This document shows, piece by piece, positions 40,432 through 53,100 of a DNA stretch of 61,573 bases. The position numbers and the translations under genes were made by a program. A model generated the notes under the pieces. It did no database searches and was not told where the DNA came from. It saw nothing but the letters and a program-made list of their open reading frames with translations. The stretch comes from Microthyrium microscopicum (Eukaryota): the NCBI GenBank assembly GCA_010405405.1, contig MU004241.1, positions 1,275,359 to 1,336,931 of the forward strand. The letters run 5' to 3'. Every line of letters begins with the position of its first letter. Position 1 is the first letter of the stretch.

Positions 40432-41255
40432 CTACCCAGAGAGATCAATGATCTTTCCGTGCAGGAGATATCTACCGGCAATTTTGCCTACTGCCCAGCC
40501 TATGTATGCGCCCGTAACTATGGTCACTGGCCATTTCTGCCATTCGCGATCCCTAATACAAGTTAGCAATGGTAGCAATTCAACGAAGGACGTATGCCTA
40601 CCAGTCAAGTGGTATCGGTATCGCTCCTAACCAAGCTCCGAGTATCGTGCCAACAGCCGCACCAAACACTTCGTCAATGGGCAGCATTAGCGCCGAGATC
40701 CTTCGCCAACTCTCCATTTCAATGCCATGGACATATGTAAGTGGCAGTCCAGCGAGTAGCGAGATGTGCGCAGCGCATAATACCGTATGCCGAAAATGCG
40801 TTGTCAGAGGCGCGCCAAAAAGTATGAGGAGTGTGGTCAGGATGGGTGTGCCGATTAGGATTGTTACGATGGAAGCAAGCAATGAGGTCTGATAGTTAGC
40901 AGTGGTCGGCGCATGTTGAAGATATTCAAGGTACCGTTATTCGTTTAGATATTGGGGCTCCCACAGGTCCTCCAGGCTTCTTCTTTCCTATAGACTTGGT
41001 GGTCGAAGGTTTTGCGGTTGGACTGCCGACTGGAGGTAGACACACGACATTGTAAAGGAGTTGGAGAACAACTAGTGGTATGAGCATCGAGGCCAAGGCT
41101 GATTCGGGGTCTGCGACTATCTCCTTGAATTGTAACAGGTATGTTGACAGAAGAAGCAGAGGGTGGATGTGGGTGTATAGTCGCGATGCATCGGAATCGA
41201 GAGAAGACACTGGCCGGATGTCGACTTTCGGGAAAGGAGTTGTGGCTGTTGCCAT
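40432..41255 (-). CDS. GPI11: GPI ethanolamine-phosphate transfer factor PIG-F; introns 40889-40934 and 40553-40601
   Basis: LILFGAP, and the PIG-F signature [21 protein letters not shown] reconstituted across the splice. Confidence 0.93.
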
Positions 41256-41696
41256 ACTGAATATACGACCGTGTCACGCAGGTCGGCAATTTGTGCTCAC
41301 GTCATGGAAGTAATGGGATTTGGAGGCCGTGGTTGTTGACGTTAGATGTTGGAGATGGGACGTGTTTCAATTGATTGAATATATGCGCGAACCTTGCCAA
41401 GCCTCCACTACTGCTGTTATTTATCAGCCTTGTCGGCTCAGTCATAGAAGATCAAGTAAACAGAACTCAATTTTTGAGGTTCTAGCACAAAATCTGCTGG
41501 TTGAAATTGACAGCGATCGTTGCATTATTTTCAAGTCAATTTAGTAGATTGTAGAAGCAATTTCAGCGTGAAAAGTGGACCATATAAGATTAGGAAGCCA
41601 GCTGTAATAAATTGCTGGTTTTAAACTCTGGCCGTCATCAACGTCAGCAACGCTCCGAGCTTATATTATACCTTCATCTCCAAGGAACCCAAGGTG

Positions 41697-43047
41697 ATGA
41701 ACTTGCTATCCCAGAGACTCTACTCGGCCTCTTCGTTCGCCAAATCAACCATTGTAAAGCGACGGTCGACGGTACGTGGCGGATGATATCGTTGATTGAG
41801 CTCTCAACTAATTGAAGCTCAGTACTGTCTTGGAATACGCAAGATGCATATTCAATCGATTCCCATGTGTACGGATTATCTTTTCCGGCTTGGACGACTG
41901 GCTAACACTACTTAAGGGACGGGCAAGATGGACAATTACGCCTACTTGGTTTCCGACGACAAATCCAAGGACGCGGTCATCATTGATCCTGCCAACCCAC
42001 CAGAGTAAGACATCAGATTCAACGAAGCCAGTCACTAACTAAAGAAGAGTTCTACCTGCATTGAAAGACGCCGAGGCGAAAGGCCTTAAGATAACGAAGA
42101 TCATCAATACCCATCAGTAAGTTCATTCTTCAATGAAACTCCAAAGCTAACAACACGGCAGCCATGGAGATCATGCTGGTGGTAATGAGAAAATAGTGAG
42201 CATCATTGGCATAACAACAAGAATATCACTAACTGTCATGTCTCTAGCTTGAGAAGTACCCAGTCCCAATAATTGGAGGCAAGGACTGTGCAAAAGTCAC
42301 AGAGACACCAAAACACTCTTCGACATTCAATATCGGCGAAAGCATCAAAGTCACTGCGCTACATACCCCATGCCATACCCAGGATAGCATTTGCTACTTA
42401 TTTGAAGATGGAAATGACAAGGCCGTATTTACGGGGGACACGTTATTCATCGGAGGTGAGTTGCATAAGGCTGCGGAAGCGGCCCGATTACGGATTGTTA
42501 CTGGTGCAGAGAGCTAATGCCTCATGGCAATAATCAGGATGTGGAAGATTCTTTGAAGGTACCCCAGAAGAGATGCACAAGGCTCTGAATCAGACCCTGG
42601 CGGCTCTCCCTGATGATACCAAAGTTTTCGTGAGTACAAGCTCGGCATCTCTATCCGTGAGGATCGTCTGATGCCATCGCAGCCTGGTCATGAATATACC
42701 AAAGGAAATGTGAAATTTGCCTTAACGGTCACTCAGGATGCAGCGGTCAAGAACCTCTTGGCGTTTGCGGAGAGCAACAAAGAAACCCAGGGGAAGTTTA
42801 CTATTGGCGATGAGAAGGTGCGTTGTCGGATACACTAGGCATTTTCGGAAATTTTGCTGACTAGGCCGCTCAGAAGCACAACGTTTTTATGCGTGTAGCT
42901 GTAAGTTATCCCCGACTATGAGCCGTCTACATATCCCGTGGAGCTGATTATTCCTTGTCTTAGGACCCGAGTATCCAGAAGGCTGTTGGAGAATCAACAG
43001 AACTTGGAACAATGGCCAAATTGCGCGAACTGAAAAATAATGGTTGA
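41697..43047 (+). CDS. GLO2: Hydroxyacylglutathione hydrolase (glyoxalase II), many short exons; core ATG at 41844, optional upstream exon from 41697
   Basis: Spliced motifs [16 protein letters not shown]...[52 protein letters not shown] and FTIGDEK. Confidence 0.9.
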
Positions 43048-43498
43048 GAGTGTTTGATCAAGGTTCATAAATCAGTTGAGCGTTTGACCAATATTCACCA
43101 GTGGGACAAACGCTTTTTATATCAGTGAAGGTAGACATCATTGTCAAGATAATGACTAACAAGGAGACAAGGCGGGTATATTGTTTAAAGCTGCCACCAC
43201 ATAAAAATGAGCAAGAAATTAGGAGGTTTGTTTTTCCCACTCGTGCAATGGCGCAAAAGGATTCGGGAAGTCGGCACGCTCTCAGTTATCCACAACTTCA
43301 TCCCTGTTACACCTTGCATTAGCTTCAAGAATTGTACATGTTGATCCCATCTCTAGCAAAATACTTACAGCTGCCCATAACGTCCCCCGCTTTACATTTC
43401 CAATCAACCTGACTGTCAACCGCTCAAACCATAAAGAGCGCCAGTTGCGCTCAATGTTCTAGTATTTCAGACCGGTCCCTCATTTGAACGTTCATACC

Positions 43499-45238
43499 AT
43501 GGAGCGAACACGAACAAAAGAAGAGGAAGTTGTCGAGCTCGCTGTCCAAGAAGGGCACGATGCAGATATTCCAACCAACGAAGGCGCGGTGATGGCACAT
43601 TCAAAAGCTCCGGCCTCACATTCTTCCATGAGCTCACCAACTTATCTTTTGGACAAGGAAACAGAAAAAGATATTGAAAAAGATGGCGCTTTTACAACCT
43701 CGTCAACAGCATCAGTCCATAGTCTGGCAAAAGATGAAGTCAAGATCGAGGTATCAGACCCCAACATCGTGGATTGGGATGGTCCAGACGACCCGCAAAA
43801 CCCATTGAACTGGCCAAACTCGAGACGATGGGGATCTGTTGCTGTTGTTTCTGGAATCACTTTCCTTACTCCCTTAGGATCAGCAATCTTTGCTCCTGGT
43901 GTCGACTTGGTGATGGATGAGTTCCACAGTCATAGTGATCTTCTCTCTGGCTTTGTGGTATCAGTTTATGTGCTCGGTTTTGCATTTGGACCATTGAGTA
44001 AGTCCGAAACAATGATTCATACGAATTATGCTGACTGAATAGCCATCGCCCCAATGTCTGAGATGTACGGACGTCTACCATTATATCACATCTGCATGAC
44101 TCTTTTCGTGATATGTAATATAGCATGTGCGCTATCCACCTCGTTAAACATGCTCATTGTATTTCGATTTCTGGCTGGAACCTTTGGAGCAGCTCCTCTC
44201 ACTCTCGGCGGCGGCACAATCGCAGATGTGATGCCCGCTTCCCAAAGAGCCAAAGCGATGTCAGTCTGGGTGCTCGGCCCTACGTTCGGACCCGTGCTTG
44301 GACCAATCTGTGGAGGCTTCATTTCTCAAAATATTGGCTGGCGATGGAACTTTTGGATTCTTTCGATCGCAGCCGGAGTTGGAACGCTTCTAGGCTTCCT
44401 CCTTATGAAGGAAACATATGCGCCCACTCTACTCGACCGTAAGACCAAACGGCTCCGAAAAGAGACTGGAAACATGAACCTACGATCGAAGCTCGACATG
44501 GGCCTAACACCCAGAGATCTCTTCTGGTTTTCTATTGTCCGACCAACCAAACTGCTACTCTTCTCGCCCATTGTACTCTTCCTCTCCATATACGTGGCTA
44601 TCACCTACGCCTATCTCTACCTTTTCTTCACCACAATATCTGACGTTTTCGCCAATCAATATCACTTCAAAAAAGAACTCGTTGGCCTTTCCTTCCTTGG
44701 ACTTGGAGTTGGCCAGTTCGCTGGGCAGTTTGTATACAGCTACTTTGCGACTAAGAGTTACAACAGCCATGTCAAAAAGGGTGGCTTCAAACCTGAGCAC
44801 CGGCTAGAAACTATGATATTTGGCGCAATCATAATACCAATCGCCTTATTCTGGTACGGATGGGCAGTACAAGCAAAAACTCAATGGATGAACCCCGAGG
44901 TTGCAACGTTCTTCTTTTCCTTGGGAATGCTGTTCATTTGGGTATGTATACCATCTCCATTCGGCCAAGTCACTGCTAACCAGTCTCAGATGCCTGCCAA
45001 TGTGTACCTCATCGATGTCTACACAGTATACGCCGCGTCAGCCATGGCAGCTAATACAGTACTTCGTTCGTTGGCAGCAGCAATTCTACCGCTTGCCGGC
45101 CCAAAAATGTACGCCAAACTGGGATATGGATGGGGCAATTCGCTGCTTGGGTTCATTGCGCTGTTCTTGCTTCCTATTCCGCTGATCTTCATGAAATACG
45201 GCGAGCGGATGAGAACACAGTCGACTTTGAAGTTGTAA
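43499..45238 (+). CDS. MFS drug:H+ antiporter (DHA1 family); introns 43998-44042 and 44942-44989
   Basis: Motifs VDWDGPDDPQNPLNW, PMSEMYGR, GWRWNFW, ETYAPTLL, PEHRL and GYGWGNSLLG. Confidence 0.93.
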
Positions 45239-45432
45239 TTTGCATGTGGTATGAAGCATCAAAATATTAATTGTAATGCATCAGCATCCAAATAGCGGAA
45301 TACAAACATTCTACTATCTGCTGTTCAAATCGTAGGCGTCGTTCCAAAGCTGATCATACTTCAAAACGAAGTCAGACTGAGACAGACAAGCTAGACATAA
45401 ACTAGTAATTATGTTACATTGTGCTGGACTTA

Positions 45433-45661
45433 CCGTAGCTTTCGCATCAAATGCAGGATTAATTAACCGCTTTTGGCAATCCCAAATTTGGGATGACCAA
45501 TATCTTTCACCAATGATAAGTAGAGGATTAATTTCACGTGTGAACAAAAGTTAGCGCTAGGTAGGGTCCCCTAGGGTCCCCTAAAATTACTGAGTAGTAA
45601 GCCCAAATTTGGGATTGCCAAAAGCGGTTAATTAATCCTGCATTTGATGCGAAAGCTACGG
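45433..45661. mobile_element. 229-bp MITE, Tc1/mariner-pogo type
   Basis: Perfect 60-bp TIRs (45433-45492 and 45602-45661) beginning CCGTAG, with TA on both sides (45431-32 and 45662-63). Confidence 0.92.
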
Positions 45662-46039
45662 TACTCTGATTAGACTTTGACAGGTAGACCAACTCTGCTC
45701 GTAAGCCATCTGAACCCATCATCATGTCGTAGAGTACGCATTACAAAATTCTCATTACCACATAGACATGTTTCATAAAGCAAATCAGAAAAGGTATTGT
45801 CATATTGTATCTCTCGAGATCCGCCATGAATTCAGGGGATTTCACTACCTACCTAGGGCAACCATGGAAATTTCATTGTAGTTTCGCACCGCCACAGTTG
45901 AGGGGATCCGAGAACGGACAACGACAACAAGTCCGCAAATATAAAACTCGGCAGCGCTAATTTGAACATGATCAAGGCCTTCTTCCATTCAACACCTTAA
46001 ATCATTCGAATTGCATTGTTAAGGGGACCAACATTAGCA

Positions 46040-48149
46040 ATGGAGTCGATACCAACGTCCAACGGCATAGGCACGAAGCTCTGGGACCCAGTCGACATTG
46101 AAAAGACCCAGATATATCAGTTCATGCAACACGTCAACAAAAAATATAAAAAGAGCTTGGGATCTTATGATGACCTGTATGAATGGAGCATCACCAACCT
46201 ATCCGAATTCTGGGGCGAAGTATGGGATTATACAGAAATGGTTGGAAAGCCGTTCACGAGGGTTTTGGATGAAGCAGCACCAATGTTCCCGCGGCCAAAC
46301 TTCTTTGAAGGCGCAGAGCTGAACTTCGCTCAAAACCTTCTCTTTCCTAGTGTTGTCAAGGATCCGGAAACCATCGCCGTGTATGCTGTTACAGAGAAGT
46401 CTCAAAAGTCTCTTACATGGAGCCAACTGCGTGAGCGAGTACGACAGTTTCAAGCTGCCATGCTGGCTCTCGCTGTCAAGCCTGGAGATAGAATTGCTGG
46501 CTATGTCGCCAATCATGCGCATGCTGTGGTTGCCATGCTGGCAGCAACTTCTCTTGGAGCTGTGTGGACGGCGGTCAGTACAGATACAGGAGTTCACGCA
46601 GTACTAGAAAGATTAGCCCAGATAGATCCCAAGATTCTCTTCGCAGATAATGCAGCAGCATACAATGGAAAAGTCCACCCAACGGCCCCCAAAATACAAC
46701 AGATCGTCACAGGTCTCCCTAACCTCCAATCTCTCGTCATCCTGCCCACAGTACCCGGTATTCAACTCGACATGGCATCCCTATCACTTAGTCCAGGAGG
46801 CTCTCTCACCCTCGACACTTTCCTCACCCTCGGTACTCCTGACCACACCCTCCAATTCCCACTCTTTCCACCCGCCCAACCAGTCTACATCCTCTACAGC
46901 TCGGGCACCACCGGCAAACCTAAAGGCATCATCCACGGATCCGCCGGCACACTCATCCAACACAAGAAAGAACACCTACTCCACTGCGACTTGACTCCCG
47001 CCTCGCGCCTCTTCTACTTCACCACCACCTCCTGGATGATGTGGCACTGGCTCGTCTCCGGCCTAGCATCCGGCTCCGCCATAATCCTCTACGATGGCTC
47101 ACCCTTCCGTACACCCTCCACCGACGATCCATCCGGCTCCGCCCCCTCTGACGCCGCAATGCCAAAGCTCATTGCCAAATTGCGGATCACGCATTTCGGT
47201 ACATCCGCAAAGTATCTCTCCGTTCTGGAACAGCGTGGCCTAGCGCCGCGAGACACGTGCGACTTGAGTTGTTTGCGCGCAATATACTCGACTGGCTCGC
47301 CACTTGCGCCATCTACTTTCGGATACGTATACCGCGCATTCGGATCAATTAACTTGGGGAGCATTACGGGCGGAACGGATATAGTATCGCTGTTTGGCGC
47401 ACCTAGTCTGTTGAGCCCAGTGTATACAGGCGAGATCCAGAAACGCGGGCTGGGCATGGCAGTGCGTGCGTTTAGCTATTTAGGAGAAGATATCACGGAC
47501 TCAGGGGAGGCGGGAGATTTGGTTTGTGTCAAGGCGTTCCCGTGCCAGCCGGTGGGATTCTGGGGAGCGGATGGGGAGGCGAAGTACAAAGCTAGTTATT
47601 TTGAGGCATATGAAGTTGATGGCAGACCTGTATGGTGTCATGGGGACTATGTGAGGATTGGTAGGGAGACGGGTGGAATGGTGATGTTGGGACGAAGTGA
47701 TGGGGTGCTGAAACCTTCTGGTGTGCGATTTGGCAGCTCGGAGATATATAATGTGGTGCTCAAGTTCTTTGGAACACAGGTGGAGGATGCGTTATGTATT
47801 GGGAGGAGAAGGGAAGAGGATGCTGATGAGACGGTGGTGCTGTTTCTGAAAATGGCTGAGGGACATGTCTTCTCTGCTGAGTTGGTTGACGGTATCAAGA
47901 GCATGGTGAGGAAGGAATTGAGCGCAAGACATGTTCCGGGAGTAGTTGATGAATGTCCTGAGATTCCGGTCACGAGTAATGGCAAGAAGTAAGTCGCTTC
48001 TACAGTGTATAAGAGATTGATTGCTAACGGCTTGTAGGGTCGAAGGGGCAGTGAAGCAGATACTCTGCGGACTGAATGTGAAAACTGGAGCTTCCGTGGC
48101 CAACGCAGAGTGTTTGGAGTGGTATCGCCAGTGGGCGGAGAATCCTTGA
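46040..48149 (+). CDS. Acetoacetyl-CoA synthetase (acetoacetate-CoA ligase); intron 47989-48037
   Basis: AMP-binding motif YILYSSGTTGKPKGI, plus WMMWHWL, SITGGTDI, GRSDGVLKPSGVRFGSSEIY and NGKKVE. Confidence 0.93.
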
Positions 48150-48303
48150 GAACGCTAGTTGATAAAGTAAATGAGACAGCAATAAACATCTATTTTAATA
48201 TTATATTCTATCTCTTCTGCGAACGTGAGTACCACAGCTTAGTAGATTCGACTTTGACGTCTACAGACCGCAGCAATTGCCGATAACAGCATCACAATCA
48301 GTA

Positions 48304-50150
48304 TCAAAGAATGTGGAGTCTTTGGATCTTATTGCGATGCTTGAAAATTTCTCCATCCATAATTCCGCCACAGTACGCATTGCCGATAATGCGATATTTG
48401 TTACCATCTAATTTTCGCAGAATCAGGGGCACGTCGAGACCAAGGAGGATAGCCAGAACGTCGCCTTGTGCCAGACCTGGGGGCCCAAGCCCAACCCGGC
48501 CACGCATGCTAATGAAAAGCCTGCGGTGTTGGAGGCATTGCTTGATGGTCGCCACTGCATGCCGAAGAGCAACACTCCTAGTCTCAGTCTCACTGGAATC
48601 AGGGAAGAGCGTGGGCAATTCCTCGCAGACACTCTCGAAATCCCTATCTGTCGCAAGTTGCCAGCCTTCGTCTCTCGTATATTTGCAGCCTTCGCAAGCT
48701 GCTCGTAGCGCGTCTCATTCAATGTCCCTCAAGGTTCTTCGGTGACAAAACACAGAGGTTTGCGCCAGGGATGTAACGTCCCCTATTCGTTGAAGAGTGT
48801 GTATCAAAGCATGAGTCCCTCGAGACTCATCCAACAACTCCTCCGGCTCATGCTGTACAACAAGGTCGAATACGCAGCCAGTGGCCGATAGAGCGATACA
48901 GCCGTCTTGCAGATATAAGAAGTCGAGATTTGAATTTGTCGATCCTGCTGCCCTATACCTTATATCCTCGCGGGTCAACGTTACAAGTGGCCATTGAAAT
49001 GGTTGTGTCCAATCCGGTGCCCAGGATGGTAAGCCTGCAAGTCGATCGTCGGAGCTTTTGTTGTGCATAGTCATGATTGACATGTCCTTCTTTATCAATG
49101 CCATCGCTGTTTCCGTATAGACTTGTAAGCAGGTCTTGGAGTAATGAGGGCAAATTCCAAGATCTAAAGCATCAGAAGCGAATCCTAAGAATGCGAATAC
49201 TCGGTCTCGAGGATCCGAACATTTCAGAACGTTGCTAATGCCGAACGCCTGCTTCATTAAGGTGATCAGTGGAGCACGGTTTCGTAAAGCGTTCAACGTC
49301 AAAAATGCCGCTTCAAATGAGCCTATGTCGATGTCCAAGAGAGAGGCTCCAAGCGTCTCTGATTCTATGTTATTTTCGTCGGTTACCATATCGAGGAACA
49401 GAGAACTTTTCATGGCCATAAAGAGCTGTACAACAAACCTCAGCCACTCAGCTCGAACTCGTTTACGCCCGCAGTGAATCCATATTTCGCTGGATGCTCT
49501 AATCTCTTGCTGAATCCAAACCCTTTGCCAATACGTTCGTCGTACCAAGGCCTTCAAGTCTGATGGTGATGGATAAAAGTCCAAGCCAGCAAAGTCCGAT
49601 TCCGAAACTTTGATTCGTTCAAGTCTACTCCATCGTAGTGCAGTCTCTGGTAATTGTCGTCCAAGTTGTGCAATGAGATCGAAGAGTACATCGCTGTTAT
49701 CCGCACACATTCCCAGCCACGCCGCTACATAAGTCGCCTGGTGATATATGTTCCACATCTGCTGTACTTGACTTGTTTTCTCCTCGTCATCGGTTTGATT
49801 GATGCCTGTCATCTCTTAGCGCAATGTAGCAGGAGCCACATATATCGACTTACAGATAGCACTAGCCCAAATAACCGCATAGACTGCAGACATTGAACTC
49901 AAAGCCTCATAGAGGTTCTCTCCGACTGTGAACTCATATTCTATTCCCTGGTCTTCTACCACGATGAGTCGTTTTTGTGAATCCCCCCATGTGTATGACA
50001 GCGCAATATACGTAGGTCGGTCGTCTAGCGAGGCGTGTTCAATGGAGATGCGGAGCTGCTTTTCATCCGCTACTACATCTTTTAAGACGCTATTACTGGG
50101 GACAAAGTGCCCGTACCCACGTCCCAATTCGGGTCGTCGATACAACCACG
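48304..50150 (-). pseudogene. HET-domain (HET-6-like) heterokaryon-incompatibility gene, 5'-truncated, with an in-frame stop at 48715-48717; intron 49805-49852
   Basis: Motifs YIALSYTWG, AICINQ...EK..QVQQMWNIY, YWQRVWIQQE, CSDPRDRVFA, LPSWAPDW and C-terminal G.DVPLILR...IGNAYCGGIMDGE. The frame continues past a single TGA. No ATG before the AT-rich block. Confidence 0.82.
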
Positions 50151-51479
50151 TTAACTTAGTAAAATCTTACTTAGCTTAACCTTAGCTTAATATACTTACA
50201 ATTATACTACCTTAACTTATACTTACTTATAGCTACTTTATACTTAATTATAGTTACTTATACTTAAATCTAGCTACCTTAGGCTATTTATACTATTACT
50301 TAGTTTTATACTTATAGTTCTAGTTCTAGGCTTCTTATTAGCTAAGTAGCTATGTAGTATATAATAAGAAAAATATTAAGTTAATATAATTCTATTAAGA
50401 GTCTTAGTTTTATAATTATCTTTATAGAATAGCTAGAAGTAATTTACTATTAGTAGCTTACTAATATAATAGAATAAAGTCTTTTAGGTATAGCTATCTA
50501 GAAAGAATAATAGTAGTTAAATTATATATATAAGAATATTTTTTCTATATTACTTATTATTATAAATTTCTTCTAGATATATAGATCTATATTCTTTAAG
50601 CTACTTCTTTATAGACTTCTATTAGTACTAAAGCTATAGTAACGTTATATTACGTATTAGTATATATAGTTTATTTATATACTTATTTATATTCTTACTA
50701 TAGTCCTTTTAGCTAAATTCTTTATTTTAGATTCTATTATAATAATAAGTTTTTACTATACTCTTATATTCTACTATTCTCTAATATTTATTTTATATTA
50801 AGTAAAAAAATCTAGTCTTTCTTTTCTTTTAATATCTTTAGTTAATATAGATTTTTAATATTAAACTAGTAAAATCTTTTTTAGCTTTTATATAACTTAA
50901 TTTATACTACTTTATTAATTTAATTTAAATAATATTAGTAAAAGTTTAGGTTAGCTACAAAATAAGAGATATCTTAGTAAGATAAGTAGATCCTAGTAGG
51001 ATAAGTAGTTCTAAAAGATATCTTATTATAGTCCTAAAACTATATTTATTATTATCTAACTTCTTAGTTAGGTTTAGCTTATATTTTATATACTATTTTA
51101 TAGCCCTAGATTAGGGCTATATTATTATATAATCTATATTACCCTAGCCCTAATAGCTATTAAAATATAGTAATTATTATTTTATCTAAAATAACTTTTA
51201 TAATAACTTCCTAATTAAGCTAGCTATAGTAATAAAACTAGTACTATTAAATAGAGCTCGTTAAGATAAGTATTATTATATATAGGTTATAGATTATTAA
51301 AGCTTTATTACTATTTATAGCCTAGATATAAAAAATATAGCTTAATAACCTAAAGTTTAAATAGTGTTTTATATTTTCTATTCTTACTAACTCTATAAAA
51401 CCTTAATAGATTTAGCTAGTTTTTTTAAAATATTTATAAAATCTATAATTTATATATATAGGTAATATAGTAATAACTA

Positions 51480-53100
51480 TATTAGACTAAATAGCTAATA
51501 ATCTATAAAGAAAAATTAGACTTAGAGAATCTTATTATTAGTTTTAATATTCTTTACTAAACTAAAGATCCTTATTAATTCCTACTAAAATTTAGTTCTT
51601 ATCCTAGTAGTCTTAATAGTCTTAGTAGTAAAGTATAATTTAATAAGATTAGAGATAGACTAACGTCTAATAGTCCTAGTAGGAACCTTATAAGACTATT
51701 AGCTAATCTAAACTTTTACTAATAAAACTATTAGAATTTCTTAAGTTACTAAGGCTTAGAAAGTATATTTATAAATTTTTAGCTAGATACTTATACGCGT
51801 TATAGTATTATTATAGCTAGAAGTATAGCTAAACTAAATAACTAAAATATAGAAGAATAAGACTCTAATTTTAAAAACTATAAAAGCTTACTTAATAGTA
51901 GCTCTTTAGAACTACTTAGTATAGTTAACGTAGTAAGGATATCTCTATCTAGAATATAAAAAGGTATATAAAAAGGATTAGAAATAAATATCTTAAAATA
52001 AGTCTTTTATAATACTATAAAGGAGTTTATTAAGCTAAAGAACTACGTCCTTTATTAAGAGAAAGAGCCTTTAGTAGCTAAATACTCTACTTCTAAATTT
52101 ACTTTTCTTAAAACTATTCTTAATTAGCTTAATAAAATTAAAGTAGTAGTTTAATATTATTTTATTATATTAGCTCTAAAGCTATATTCCTAGATAGTAA
52201 TTACCTTCTATACTAAACTATATATAAGTAAACTAAAAAGTTATTTTATTATTTTACGACTTAAAGTAGAATAATATATAGAGACCTTTTTAAAGGTCCT
52301 TAAGGAACTTAAAAAGATATTTATAGATACTATAAGTATATAATCTCTATAGAGTAGTAATCTTTAAGTCGTCTTTAAAAATACTAAATAAAAGAATTAG
52401 GCTTAGTACTTAACTATTAAAGATATATAGATATTTTAGTATAATTATCTTATTAAAGTAGCTAGCGTATTTTTAAAGAGTATTAATAATAGGGTTTATT
52501 ATAGTAAGAGAGTAGATAATTATAACTTAAAGTTTATTAAGGCTCTAAATAAAGATAACTAGTATATTCTTACTATTACTAAAGTAAGCTAAATTTATAG
52601 TAATAAAACATTAATCTTAAAGAAGAAAAAATTATCTTTTATTATATATTTTCTTATAGAAAGTTTCTAGAAGATTATTATAGCCTAAAGGCTAATAATT
52701 AAGAGCGTATAGTATAGTTATAAACTCTAAGCTATAATGCTAGTAAGTACTTATTATTACTAGTATAGTATTTAGAAATATATATAGTTTTCCTATTTAA
52801 TAGAAGCTTGCTATAGATACTATATAGATAAGTATAATATATAGAATTATAAAATAAAAGATAAAAATAAATAGTACTTAAATTATAGTTATAAATATAA
52901 CTATTAGGATAAATTTTATAGTATTTATAAGAGTATTACTTTAGTAGTAAATATTCTTTAAGTAACTCTATTTAAACGTACTATTAAGTTATAGAATAGC
53001 GTAGCTTAATAGAATCGTAGTAATAGATTCCTAGTATTAAAGAATAAATATATACTTATTACTATACTAAAAGCTAGCTCTATATTTAAGAAAGTAAATA
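51480..53100 (+). mobile_element. RIP-degraded LINE ORF1 (gag)-like coding relic
   Basis: Frame around 52350-52570 reads SSNL*VVF...YNYLIKVASVFLKS...SKRVDN. Reverting transitions gives SGDL...DYPVEVAGVPLK...GKRADN, parallel to the relic at about 56680-56780. Confidence 0.45.

Noticed and set aside
48715..48717. Programmed stop-codon readthrough in the HET gene
   Set aside because: The context TGA-GAC is not the TGA-CTA readthrough motif, and the gene also lacks its 5' end.
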